DNA of 64,000 bases from Azolla caroliniana (lineage: Eukaryota; Plantae; Polypodiophyta), in assembly GCA_043228905.1 (NCBI GenBank), contig JBHGNT010000018.1, positions 17,670,001 through 17,734,000 on the forward strand, given 5' to 3'. Under the pieces are notes generated by a model. It ran no database searches, was not told where the DNA came from, and saw nothing but the letters and a program-made list of their open reading frames with translations. A program made the position numbers and the translations under genes. Numbering within the stretch: the first letter of the stretch is position 1; each line of letters begins with the position of its first letter. Shown here in pieces: positions 52,353 through 64,000 of this stretch.

Positions 52353-52404
52353 AACGAAAAAAATGAAACAAAATTAATTATTTCATTTGGGAAAGGTAAA
52401 AAGG

Positions 52405-52671
52405 CATAGTATGAAGTTTGAACCATATGAACCCTACGTGCATTCGCATTCGTGAATATTTCAATCATTCGAGTATGGTAACACCTTCAAAGCAAAAAAA
52501 AAAAACCATACTTTTGTATTCATTATTTATTATAAGGTAAGAAAGGTAAGGTAAAAAGTTTAAAAGAAAAAAAAAAAGCAGGTTTTGATAACATACGCAT
52601 TCGTTTTTATTCGTATGGAAACGAATGTTTTCCAATGCATTCGAGTATATTATGTATGTAGTTGTACTATG
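52405..52671. mobile_element. hAT-like MITE (same family as 48112-48360)
   Basis: CATAGTA...TACTATG ends; GTAAAAAG on both flanks (one extra G on the left). Confidence 0.75.
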
Positions 52672-53320
52672 GTAAAAAGAAGAAATCCCTAACAAGAAGA
52701 GAGAAACGAACGAATCAGAAAACACATAAACCCTAATTAATATTCATTAAGAAAAGTTCAAAAGGAAACCCTAATTTCATACTCGCCTACGAAACCCTAA
52801 ATCTGGTTCTGGCCTGTCCAGACCGAACCTGAGCGATGAAAATCAAACGAAAACCCTAATTTCATACCCTAAAGAAAATCAGTAACATATAATGTGATCT
52901 TGAGGAAGACGAGAATCAATGACAAGAATCAAGAAGGGAGGACGTCTGATAAATGATAAATTGACTCAGAGAATAATCACAAACACATAATTTAGCGACA
53001 GGGTCCGATGTTACTCAGAAATGAAGACATTCGAAGGATTGTACTGAATAAAGAAGACACAGAAAAACGAACGATTCGAAACATAGAAATGGAGCGAATA
53101 AGACTGACACAATCGAGTCAATTTAATCAAGCCTCATCATTAACTTTCACTTAGATCAATTCAAGAAAATGTTCAAAATGCATTAAACGCTTTAACAAAC
53201 ACCAAATTTAACGAAAAAAGTTAGAGCAATCATACAGGCTGCATTATTAATTAAGTGAGCGGACTTCACACAAAGAAATTCCAATCTCTGATGGCAACCT
53301 TTCTGACTCCTTTCTGACTC

Positions 53321-53578
53321 CTAGATCAGACGATCGACGACAGTGATGTTACCATTGATATTGACGACAAACATATTGGCAAGGATGTGAGTGACATGTA
53401 GGCGGGAACCATTGCTGCAGATGATGTAGAGCTCTTCGCCAGGCCTTGGGAGCTTGAAAATCTTACTGGATTTGGGATGGATGTTCATGTCCAGATTTGC
53501 ATTAATCTGCACATTGCTGCGGTTCATCATCTCTACCTTGCAAAGGCTTTGGGTTGTATTGTGAATAGTCATGGCCAT
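53321..53578 (-). CDS. divergent paralog (85 aa) of the small protein family
   Basis: MTIHNTTQSLCKVEM...MNIHPKSSKIFKLP...NGSR...NGNITVVDRL aligns with the family along its whole length; CCATGG start context. Confidence 0.75.
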   Translation of the reverse strand: MAMTIHNTTQSLCKVEMMNRSNVQINANLDMNIHPKSSKIFKLPRPGEELYIICSNGSRLHVTHILANMFVVNINGNITVVDRLI

Positions 53579-54022
53579 GGATTTGCAGGGGGAATGGAAT
53601 GGAGAGGGATTAATCAGCGGAAGAGACAGAGAAGAAAGGATGATACTAAGATTCTTAGACAGTGAAGAAAGAGAAGAAAGGGGGGGGGGGGGTGTTAAAT
53701 AGGAGATTATGTCTGCACATAAAAAGAAAGATGGACATTAGACTGATAGATTTTTGGACATTAAATTGATAGATTTTGGAATTTCTTTCCTGCAGCTTAT
53801 GATCCACTTTGAGTTTGGATTTTGTGGATTTACTTGTGCACAATAATATGCAAATTATATATAAAATATGCATACAAATCTCTCCTTTCAGAAACCCACC
53901 AATACATTAATTGTTTTCAATAGAATGGGATTTGTATGGAAAACCTCTATAGAATGTATTGGAAATGAAAAGCAAATTGCAAATTCTATTGAAAAACAAA
54001 GAATGGAATTTGTATGGAAAAC

Positions 54023-54059
<37 letters not shown>

Positions 54060-54659
54060 ATTAATGGAAAGAATGGCATTTATATGGAAAACCTTTATAT
54101 ATATGCAATCAATGGAAAGAATGGAATTTGTATGGAAAAGCTTTTCCTTACAAATTCCATTCTATTAAAAACAATTAATGGAAAACTTAAAAGAATGAAG
54201 CCATAGAAAAAAGAGAGGGCATCGGTGTGCTTTGTCTTTCTTATGCCATATATTATCTTTATAATGTGGAACCACAACATAAAAAAGCTAAAAGTTTATC
54301 TTGGCAAACCCTCGTTGACAGGTACCGGGGCCTATATTTGACGGATTAGTATCGATTGGGCATGTTTTAATATATTGTATGTCATATGACATAAGATTGC
54401 AAAATCTAACATTGCCATTTCGCATACAAATTTAAAAATTGAAAAGCTCTATATTGTGAAATGCACATAAGAGATCAAAACCAGCCTACTTAACTTCTTA
54501 CGTCTTACTCAATTTATAGTTGATACAAAGGTATCCATTTCGGTTAGCTTAGCTAAAAAGGGTGTGCCAAAAGGGTGGCACAAAGGAACACATGCACACC
54601 ACAATATAATGTTATACATTCTTGTACATTTCATTACTATAAAAAGGGAGGTTAAATCA

Positions 54660-55085
54660 TCGGCGTAATAAAGGGAGGGGAGGTAAACAGAGAGATTAAG
54701 AAGACACAGAGAAGAAAGTCTTAGATTATTAGACAATGATGAAGGAGAAGAGACGGGATGTTAAATAGCAGAGTTTGCTTGTACATAGAAAGAAAGATGG
54801 ACATAGATTGATAAGACTTTGGAATTTCTTCCTAGAGCTTATGATCCAAGTTGATTTTGGACTTGTGACTGTGATGCATTCATGAAAGTTTTGTCTTTTA
54901 CTTTTGCAAATATGCAAATTATATATATATATATATAAAATTTGCATACAAATCGTTGTTTTGAAACCCTTAACAATATAGTAATTGTTTTCCATACAAT
55001 GAAATTCGTATGGAAAAGAATGAACTCATAGAACAAAAAAGACCTCATTTTGCTTTTTCTTTCTTGTGCCATATATTATCTTTAT
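54660..55085 (-). promoter_or_regulatory. orphan duplicate of the upstream region of the 53321-53578 gene
   Basis: Colinear similarity to 53590-54265 (TTAGACA...TGTTAAATAG...AGAAAGATGGACAT...GAATTTCTT...AGCTTATGATCCA...GCCATATATTATCTTTATAAT), but no family ORF follows. Confidence 0.62.
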
Positions 55086-55139
55086 AATCTAGATAGGCCT
55101 TTTCCAATTGAAGTGTACATCAAACAATGTTATTGCAGG

Positions 55140-55435
55140 AGAGCCACTCTAAAGAGTCAAGACAATGGCCACACGGACGGATCTAATGGTTGTCCTCTCC
55201 CTTTCTTGAGTTAGTGGGCCTCCACATAAGATAGAACTGTCGCGTCCCTATTGGGATTTGTGTACATATAACATTCTTATCTATAGAATTTTATAACTAA
55301 TGAAAGGAGTTCAGTTTTGGAAAAAAAGGTCAAAGTTTTTTGAGTAGTTGGGCCTCCCTATATGATGGAACTATTGAGTCCTTTCTAGGATTTGGATATA
55401 ACATTTTGAAGGAGGCTTGTTTTTGAAAAAAAATG
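55140..55435 (+). mobile_element. LINE 3' UTR remnants (two tandem pieces with A-tails)
   Basis: Matches 14425-14565. Confidence 0.65.
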
Positions 55436-56066
55436 GTCAATGAATAAATTGATATAAGAAATATTTAGTGACAATAATAATAGGTATGTCTAGGAGCTAC
55501 CGACAACGACATGTATCTTCTTGTTTTATTCTCTTCCTTTTTCAAAGACAATTCATTGCGGGGGAGGGGGAGGCAAAGGTTCTATAGCCTTTTGCGAAGG
55601 TTTTCCCTTGGAAACAAAAAACTTTTTTTGTATGGAAGGAAGCTTCAAGAAGAAATAAATTTTGGGGTCTATATGAGTATCACTGGAAGCAGAGATGATA
55701 GGTCTTTGGAAGACCACGGACTTCTCTCTCCATGGTTCACTCATTCACTACTTTGTTTTTATATGCTTTGAAAGATATTGTAATTTGCACCTTCTCCCTT
55801 TCTCTAAGATCACTCTCACATGTATTAGGTGAAAATATTACTACATTTTTGCTCTCATATAGCTTATATTTAGCTTTGAAAAGGATAATTACCTCTCACA
55901 CAAACACACACACACACACACACACACATCTCAATACTCAAACTTTTAGGTTTTTTGATGTTAAGTCCCATAATATACTATGTAAAAGAAGAGGGAGAGA
56001 AAGAGACACAATCTCATGAAAACAAGTGATCATGGGATTCATTTGGTCTCCATGACCACATGGATG

Positions 56067-56215
56067 TAGCTTTGTTGGTAAGGTTGCCTAATGGAGACCA
56101 GGTGGTCATGGGTTCAACCCCTACATTCCACAGTGGCATCTAGTGAATTAAGAGATATATATGATCTATATAATAGAAAGGTGAGAAAATTCCCAGTTGC
56201 CACTAGGGTAAGCTA
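56067..56215. mobile_element. tRNA-derived SINE-like repeat, inverted copy of 30360-30522
   Basis: A-box TAGCTTTGTTGG and B-box GGTTCAACCC with TGGAGACCAGGTGGTCATGGGTTCAACCCCTACATTCCACAGTGGCATCTAGTGAA identical to the reverse complement of 30466-30520. Confidence 0.6.
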
Positions 56216-57711
56216 CCTATGATTAAAAAAAGAAAGAGAGAGAATGACTTTTTCTGAACATTATAGAAATTTGCATGACTTTCGTGCTTGCGTATTTTCA
56301 AGTATGGTACATAATTGGATGATACCAATGAGCATTGCCTCTTGTTTTTTTATGTGTTAAATGGTATTGTGAAAGTGAAATTTTACTAAGAAGAGGACTT
56401 TAAATTTTTACTTATTGTTGTTTTAAATGTCATGAACACTAGTAGGAAATGGCTAGAAGGAATTCTCGAAATTCAACTAAGTATAGGTCAAAGCATTTGC
56501 CCAACGTTGGACTCATGTATTTAAACATGAACATATGTGTACTTGGACTCAAACATGAACACACACATATCATCATGTATATGTACTGTAGATATATTAG
56601 GATTATCTCATCTTGAGAACGGAAAAACCCCATCAAAAGACAATGCACCATTCAAATAAATGTACTTGAACTTCATGTTGAGATCCATATACATGTATAT
56701 GACCATGTCTAAATGCAAATATTCATCCATGTCCATGATCATATGTATTTGGCAAAACACATTAATGGCTTTCAAATTCTTATTTGAATAGCTTCAAGTT
56801 TTTCTCCAAAACTATCAATGACCAACTTTTGAGATTTATGGAAAGTTTTTGACAACTTATATTTTGTAAAGGTATTTCTACAACAAGAAACGAAGTAGGG
56901 CTCCACAAAGATTCAGTTGATGTCAAAAAGGCATATTTGTGGCAACTTCAAACACAATGACCATGTGCAAAATATGGAAAAATTTGAGATTGCTAATAAA
57001 GTCAACTAATAGGAAGGCTAGCTAATTTGTGAGAATGTAAAAGTACTTTACAACTTTTAAGGAAAACTCTATAAATATAGGTAACAATTATTATACATGC
57101 AATTCTTAGATATTGTTCCTCTTGCTGGCAATCTTAGTCACTTACTTTAGCTCTTAATATTACTTATTAATTGTATTTTTAGTTGTTAATTACACGATAC
57201 CAGTGCATTTGTAGCCAACTTTAGGATTGCGCAATCACATCGTTTCCTTGGTTCTTATCAATTCGGACAATTGAAACTAGATGAGAAAGTCTCCTTGATG
57301 CCAAAACCAATTTCTCAAAATGATTAAGACACTCTACCAACAACTCCATTGTTGGCTCTCACATGACGTGTAGTTTTTGGTGACAATTGATCTTGGGTGC
57401 CGACCTATAACATGACAACACTTATATGTAACTTGTTAGTTATATTTGAATAAAAGGTTGTAACATAGATAGAGAAAGAGAATGTCGAAGATGATCTTAA
57501 CATCGAATAGATATAACATGTTTCATACTAATTGTCAATACAATATCAATATGTTATCTCTCACACAATCATCTTTACCTCTTTGATGGAAGTATTTACC
57601 TCTCTGAAAAGTCTTGGGTTTGTTAGGTCTATAGATTAAATGCAAGAATAATTTCCTTAAAGTACATTTTATGTTTAGTTTAAAATATGTGCTTGCATAT
57701 TTTATTCAACA

Positions 57712-59225
57712 TACCCTCTCAAGCACATATTTATTCCATGGAGTTCAAGCTTGTTTTGAAATTTGAAGAATCTATCTTTGGAAGAGTTTTTGTGTGAACA
57801 TCCATGATTTGGTTTCCAATTTTGATATATTTTAGATCTATTAGACCTTCAATTACCTTTGTTCTCCATAATAAAACTTATGGCATGAAAATCTAAATTT
57901 TTTTGCCAACATAATAAAACTTATGTTATCACAAAATATTCAAATCAGCCTTTGTATAGTAAATCCTGTTGAGAATCTAGTCCCTCCGGTTGGGATGGAG
58001 TAACAGCCAGATCGACTGAGAGCCGGATGATATCTGACTTGTTTGAGTTGAAATCGGGATATTGTGCTAGGAGTTAGATCGTCAGGAGCCAACTAAGCAC
58101 CGACTAAGGAGAGATAAGCCGGTAATTGATTGATTGCCAATTCGGCTGAGGCCGATAGGCCAAGACCAACAATCAATCGATAATCAACTCGGCTCATAGC
58201 CGAATCGGCCGAAGCCGGCTTTGGGCTATACTTGTAAATGGCCTTAATGTGCCTGTTGTGGGCTATATTTGTAAATAGCCCATACTACGTATAAGCACCT
58301 AGGGCAAATCATCATGTTATGATGAGGTGAAGTAAGATTATCAGTGTGTAATCATTGTTTGTATAGAGTTGAAAAAGGGTGTCTTGAGAGTGAGTGTGTG
58401 GGTGTATCAATCTAATAGGTTAAGACGACCTCGAGATTGTTGCCTGTGGTGCGGGTATCTTTCACTCTCTCTTGATATAGTAATTCTCATTGGAGTCTGT
58501 AGGGTCTCGTGGTTTTTTCCATTTAGGGTTTCCCACGTTATATCTTGTCTTCTTGTCTTTGCTATTTTTGTTTGATTTATTTTCTTGTTCTTGCATTTCA
58601 CTTGTTATCCGGTTGTGGCTGGTCTCTCTCATTTTTCAACAAATCCAAAGCAACATTGCCATCCATACATTTTCACAAGTAGCTTGCGGAACAACTGCAT
58701 ACTCAGTTTCAATTGTGCTTAAAGCAATTGTTGCTTGTTTCAATATCCATGACACCACTACACTACCAAACAAACACACTATTGCACTTGTGCCTTTTCT
58801 TGATGCTTAATCTCTTGCAAATTTGCTTTATTATTAGTATACATCAATCCAAAAAACTTTTTGCCTTTGACATAGGGATATATACTTTTAACTATAACCA
58901 TATGTGCATGCTTAGGGGCGTGCATGAATTTGCTAACAATATTAGCGACATATGCAATATCTGGTCTTGAAATGTTAAGATAAATAAACTTTCCTACCAT
59001 TTGTTGATATCTCTTTATATCCTCAACCACGCATCTTTTTATTTCCTCAAGATTTGCACTTCTTTCCATATTTATAATCATGCATACCAATTGCTTTCAA
59101 CATATTCATCAGATATTTTTCTAAACACAACATGAGACCATCAAAGCATTTAACAACTTCTAAACCATGAAAACATTGTAGTTCTCTAAGATTTTTCATC
59201 TCAAATTCACATGTCAATTCACATT
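57712..59225 (-). mobile_element. old copia RT/RNase H remnant
   Basis: YQQMVGKFIYLNISRPDIAYVANIVSKFMHAP; PPT-like TGAGAGGGTA next to TGTTG at ~57707-57721. Confidence 0.7.
57967..58641 (+). mobile_element. solo LTR (copia type)
   Basis: TGTTGA...TCAACA termini, perfect 5-bp TSD AATCC, and the same U5 motif as the LTR at 19385-20089. Confidence 0.9.
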
Positions 59226-59234
59226 GCCAAAAAA

Positions 59235-59466
59235 GGAGCTACTTTCCCATTAGTTAGGAAAGATTTTTATAGAAAGAATATACAACATGGGTTATATATA
59301 AATTGGGGAATCACCCCTTGGCCAAGTTCAAGTATATGAGAATGTAAGTAGGTACCTAGAGCTATAAAGTATAGACAATCATCGACGCCTAGCACGACCC
59401 CGATCCTCTAGCCTTCAATGGAGGGAGGGTGGGAGGTGAGTAGGAAACAACTAGCATGGGGGTTGG
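59235..59466 (-). mobile_element. LINE 3' end, interrupted by the gypsy element
   Basis: TACTTTCCCATTAGTTAGGAA and the following sequence match 49538 onward. Confidence 0.6.
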
Positions 59467-62400
59467 TGTCAGGAATAGTACTAAAGCAGAGATGGAATTA
59501 GTACTAATAAGAGAAGTACTATTAGTACTAAGAAGACGGGACTGCGTGAGATTCCCGAGAGAGGAAGTGAGAAGAGGAAGTGAGAAGAGGAGAGAGAGAG
59601 ATAGCGAGGATGAGAGAGAGAGAAAGATGATGACAACAACTAATATATTATGTGAAAAGATAAGTACAAAGCGGCTACGAGGCTTAAGACTGGCGTTGAA
59701 CCAATTTGGTTCAACATAATGCCTAGTGCCTTCTTTTATAGTGTTGTCAGGAGTAATCCTGAAACTTCTAGAATGTTCCAGAGAAATCTGGAATATACAT
59801 TACTTTCTTATAATAAAACATAAATGAAAATAATATCCTATGAATTACAATAGATGGTGTGATGGTTAAGAGCTCGACCCATATACCATAAGGTCATGGG
59901 TTCGAGTCTTGCCATATCATGACACTATCTTCCCCTTAAAGACGACGAGTGGAATGAGTCGGCGCTGATTGCGGACCAGGTTTGTCCGGATACTTTCGGT
60001 GGAAATCAACAAGCAGATCCTGAGCATTGGCAACATGCTTGACGGGTTCCCAAGTGCGTTCGCTCGGACTATAACCAAGCCAATCGACCAAATAATAAAG
60101 TTTGTTGCGAATAAGTTTGGAATCGAGGATGGCAGCAACTTCATACTCCGGGCCGGCGTCCAACTCCAACGGGGGTGGTGGTGGTGTAACACGATTGGGA
60201 ATGGTGTTTGCTTTATAAGGTTCAAGAAGAGAACAATGGAAAACCAGATGTATCTGAAGCTGCGGAGGGAGATCAAGGCGGAATGTGACATCATTAACCT
60301 TACCCGTAATACGGAAAGGACCGAGTCGTCGATAATCCAACTTATCGCACGGTCGAAGCTGCGGAGGGAGATCAAGGCGGAATGTGACATCATTAACCTT
60401 ACCCGTAATACGGAAAGGACCGAGTCGTCGATAATCCAACTTATCGCACGGTCGAGTAGTCTTGATGTGACGACGTAAGAGCCATACTCGATCTCCGATG
60501 GCAAAAGAGGAGGGAAGCCGATGACGATCCGTGTAAGTCTTTTGTGTCTGTTGAGCATGACGAAGATGAGTCGAGAGATCTGTTTGGATCTTGCGTAGTC
60601 TCTCAAAATGATCCCCGACACGAGGATTGGTAGGTAGTTCTGGGGTGTCGATCACCGACCAACGAGGATGAGAACCGGTATAAGCGTAGAATGAGGAGAC
60701 TCGAGTCGAGGAGTGAACAACATTATTATACGCAAACTCCGCAAAGTGGAGAATCTCGGCCCAATCGTCCTGCTGATAACTCAGGAAACACTAGAGATAT
60801 TGCTCCAGCATTTGGTTTGTTCGTTCCGCCTGCCCATCGGTCTGAGGATGGTAGCCAGAGGAGAGGTTGCAAGAGACCTTGAGCATCTTGAAGAGATGCT
60901 GCCAAAATTTGGAGACAAATTGCGGTCCTTGGTCACTGATGATACTGTCTGGGAGGCCATGATGCCGAAATACCTCACGCATGACTAGGGCGGCGGTTTC
61001 CTCGCTAGTGATGGCCTTAGTACACGGAACGAAATGTGCCATCTTCGTATATCGATCGACAACGGTTAAGATAGCATTGAACCCCTGCGAGATCGGCAGA
61101 TCTGTGATAAAATCAAGACAAATAGACTGCCACGACTTACTTGGAATCGGTAAGGGTTCCAACAAGCCATATGGATGGTGTCGTGGCATCTTTGCTTGGC
61201 AGCAAGCATCACAGGTCCGAACGTAGTCGTCAACAAAACGGCGCATGTGGGGCCACCAAAAAGATCGCTGCACTAGCTCCAACGTCTTAGTACTACCGAA
61301 ATGTCCCGCTGTATGGGTGTCGTGACAATGCTGGACGATTTGAAGGCGACAAGAGCAATCGGGGACATATACGCGCTTTTTAAAGAATAACAAACCATCA
61401 TGATATTCGAATTGTCGGTAGTCAATACTTGGTTGTTGAGACTGAGAACAGGATGCTCGAGAAGTATCAATGTGCGCCAGGATGTCTTGAGCAAAGCTAT
61501 CTGTCTTCAAGTTTGCACGTCTGTCATCGGTAATCCGTGAATCCATCGGGGTGTGAAAAATCCGTGTCGTGTGCAATCGTGTTGGTCCCAAGATTACTTG
61601 CTTTTGATTATCAAATGTTGGATCACCAGGACGAGGTGCAAGATACGAACTCCGTGATAGTGCATCTGCTTTTCCTTGCTGCTTCCCCGGTCGATATGTG
61701 ATTTTGAAGTCGAAATGCGTGAGGAATTGCGCCCACCGAGCTTGCCGTCAATTTAGTACGCGAGCGTTCTCGAAATAAGCAAGATTTTTATGATCACTAA
61801 AGACAATGACCTCATGTGGAGAGCCCTCTAAGAAATGCAGCCATTGCACAAATGAATCCACGATGGCTAATAACTCCTTGTCATGTATTTCGTAGTTGAT
61901 TTCTGCGACATCGAATTTGCGCGAATGGAAATCCACCGGATGCAACTCTTCTTTATCTCCTTGTTGAGAAAGGATGCTACCGAGAGCGAAATCTGAAGCA
62001 TCGACCTCCATGATGAATGGTTTGTTGGTATCCACATGAGCTAGAATCGGTGCTGATGTAAAGGCTTTCTTAAGATGCCGAAAAGCCATATCTGCTTCAA
62101 TGGACCAAAGAAATGCTTGGCCCTTCTTCGTAAGTTGTGTGAGGGGTAAAATAATCTTCGAGTAATATTGTATAAACTTACGGTAGAAGTTAGCAAAACC
62201 TAGAAAACATTGTACATCTCGTACCGACCGTGGAATTTGCCACTCTAGTACAGTTTGGACTTTAGCTGGATCCATGGCGATTCCCTTTGAGGAGATGACG
62301 TAGCCTAGAAATTCCACTTGCTTGCAGTCAAAGCTACATTTTTCTAGCTTGGCATAAAGACCATTCTCGCGGAGTCGTTTTAGTACTAATAGTACATGAG

Positions 62401-64000
62401 AATCGTGCTCTTGCTGGGTCTTCGAATAAATCAATAGATCATCCAGATAGATGATCAAACAGATATCCAAGAGGTCTCTGAATATATCATTTGCCATGTG
62501 TTGGAAGACTGTGGGTGCATTGGTTAAGCCGAACGGCATAACAGTATACTCGAAATGCCCATATCGCGTGCGAAAGGTGGTCTTCCATTCATCTCCCGGT
62601 CAGATCCGCACGAGGTTATACGCTCCTCGTAGATCAATTTTGGTAAAAAACTTGGCACCATTAACTCGCTCCAAAAGACTTGATATAAGAGGAAGTGCAT
62701 AACTATTCCGGATGGTGACTTTATTCAATCTGCGGTAATCAACGACGAGACGAAGTGAGCCATCTTTCTTCTTGACAAAGAAGATGGGTGCACCGGCCGG
62801 AGATTTCGAATGACGGATGAACCCGCTTGCCAAGTTCTCCTCTATGTAGGCTCGAAGGACTTCTAACTCGGTGGGTGACAAGTTGTAAATTGGTCCCCAT
62901 GGTGGCTCGGTTCCTGGTTGTAAATCGATGGGACAGTCATAGGGACGGTGATGAGGAAGGGTACCGGCTTTTACCTTGTCAAATACATCGGCATAAGGAT
63001 GATATTTTGCCGGAAGTTGTACTGAGGATTCCTTCTTAATAGTACTGGAAGGATGTACTGATATTGCAAATAGGAACATTGCCTCCTTGTGTCCTTCTTC
63101 GTGTAATTGATGGAGTGAAATGGTCGAAACTCGGTGAGTAGATTCTTGGGGTGGTCGATATCGGACTTCTCTTGTTCTCCAATCTATGGCTGGATTATGT
63201 AATTCAAACCAAGGTAATCCTAGGACAATGGGATGCTCTGGACTACTAATTATATTAAATGATATTACACACACAAAACTACCTATGACAACTTGAATGG
63301 GTTCTGATTCTTCTACAATATTCCCGGAAGCAATGGGACGACCATCAATGACTACTACAGATGCGGGACAAGGAAGTTTTCTTAAGGATATCTGAGAAGC
63401 TTGGGCAAAATTTTGATCCATGAAACAGGAATTAGCTTCGGAATCTAAAAGTGCTAGGACGGGTACTGGAGGAGTACTTTTAGTACTAACAATGACTTGG
63501 GCTAGGAACACATTGCTAACTTGCTTAGAAGGAATGGAACCACTAATGGGCTATATAGATCTAGGGCTGCTGTCCAACCAAACGACTCCTATTTTGGTTG
63601 GACTCAATCGTTTAACTCTTCATCTAATTGACTAAGGATTTCAAATTTATTTGAGATACTTGGGCTATTAGTACTATGAATACTATCTGACACTCTATTA
63701 GTACTATTAATACTATCAGACACTCCGAAGGGAATAATTGACTCGGGTTTAGTACAGGCGACGATTTGATTTACCTGTCTTCTTGGCCTATGGGGACAAT
63801 TGATGGCGATATGCCCTGGTCCACCGCAATAAAGACATAATCGATTGGCACGTCGTCGTTGCTTTTCTTCTTCCGATAACGGACCGTGTCGACGCATGGT
63901 GTCGATCTCCATTGGTGTCGAAATATTGGCTTGAGGTACATCGCGTGCAAACAAATTTAGCCGTGACTGAGGCGTATGTGGGTTCCAGTCGAGAGCGTGG
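59467..64000 (-). mobile_element. Ty3/gypsy chromovirus (Tcn1/Tf-like), decayed; runs off the window end
   Basis: 3' LTR 59467-59924 with PPT AAGGGGAAGATAG. Domains are gag [14 protein letters not shown], protease LLDSEA, RT YLDDLLI, RNase H DASDFA, integrase HHCC/DFITDLP/DGQAER and chromodomain YEVAAILD...YLVDWLGY...TWEP. Confidence 0.96.

Noticed and set aside
52091-52468. F/I/Y-rich 'membrane protein' ORFs (also 28288-28665, 36820-37125, 40554-40913)
   Set aside because: Translations of A/T-rich simple repeats.
59852-59915. Functional tRNA genes here and at 7430-7635, 30360, 56067
   Set aside because: A/B boxes are present but acceptor and anticodon stems cannot be folded convincingly; all sit within repeats.
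59917-60621. 234-aa and 169-aa alternative-frame ORFs over the gypsy integrase, and similar overlapping ORFs in the copia elements
   Set aside because: Off-frame or antisense shadows of TE coding sequence with no independent motifs.

Overview
Eukaryotic, repeat-rich land-plant DNA; the transposon repertoire suggests a moss such as Physcomitrium (inference only). About two thirds of the window is decayed or nested transposons. These are several Ty1/copia elements (1-2917, 3148-7370, 8603-13670, 15287-20089, 20211-25464, remnants near 57.7-59.2 kb), a chromodomain-bearing Ty3/gypsy element (59467-64000), LINE fragments, solo LTRs, hAT-like MITEs (CATAG ends, 8-bp TSD) and Mutator-like MITEs (9-bp TSD). 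The only convincing non-TE coding content is a co-oriented minus-strand cluster of small (82-95 aa), intronless, beta-strand-rich genes that I cannot assign to a known family. It comprises three near-identical copies with an MGNSQT myristoylation-type N-terminus in ~3.7-kb tandem units (34067, 37750, 41456) and two divergent paralogs (46681, 53321). It also includes a pseudogene split by a copia insertion (25465-25533) and an orphan promoter copy (54660-55085). The cluster shows birth-and-death evolution, C-terminal non-synonymous divergence, doubled TATA/microsatellite promoters and a 78-bp satellite apparently grown from the 3' flank. Pol III-type cassettes (tRNA-like A/B boxes, a 5S rRNA core) sit inside LTRs and other repeats.
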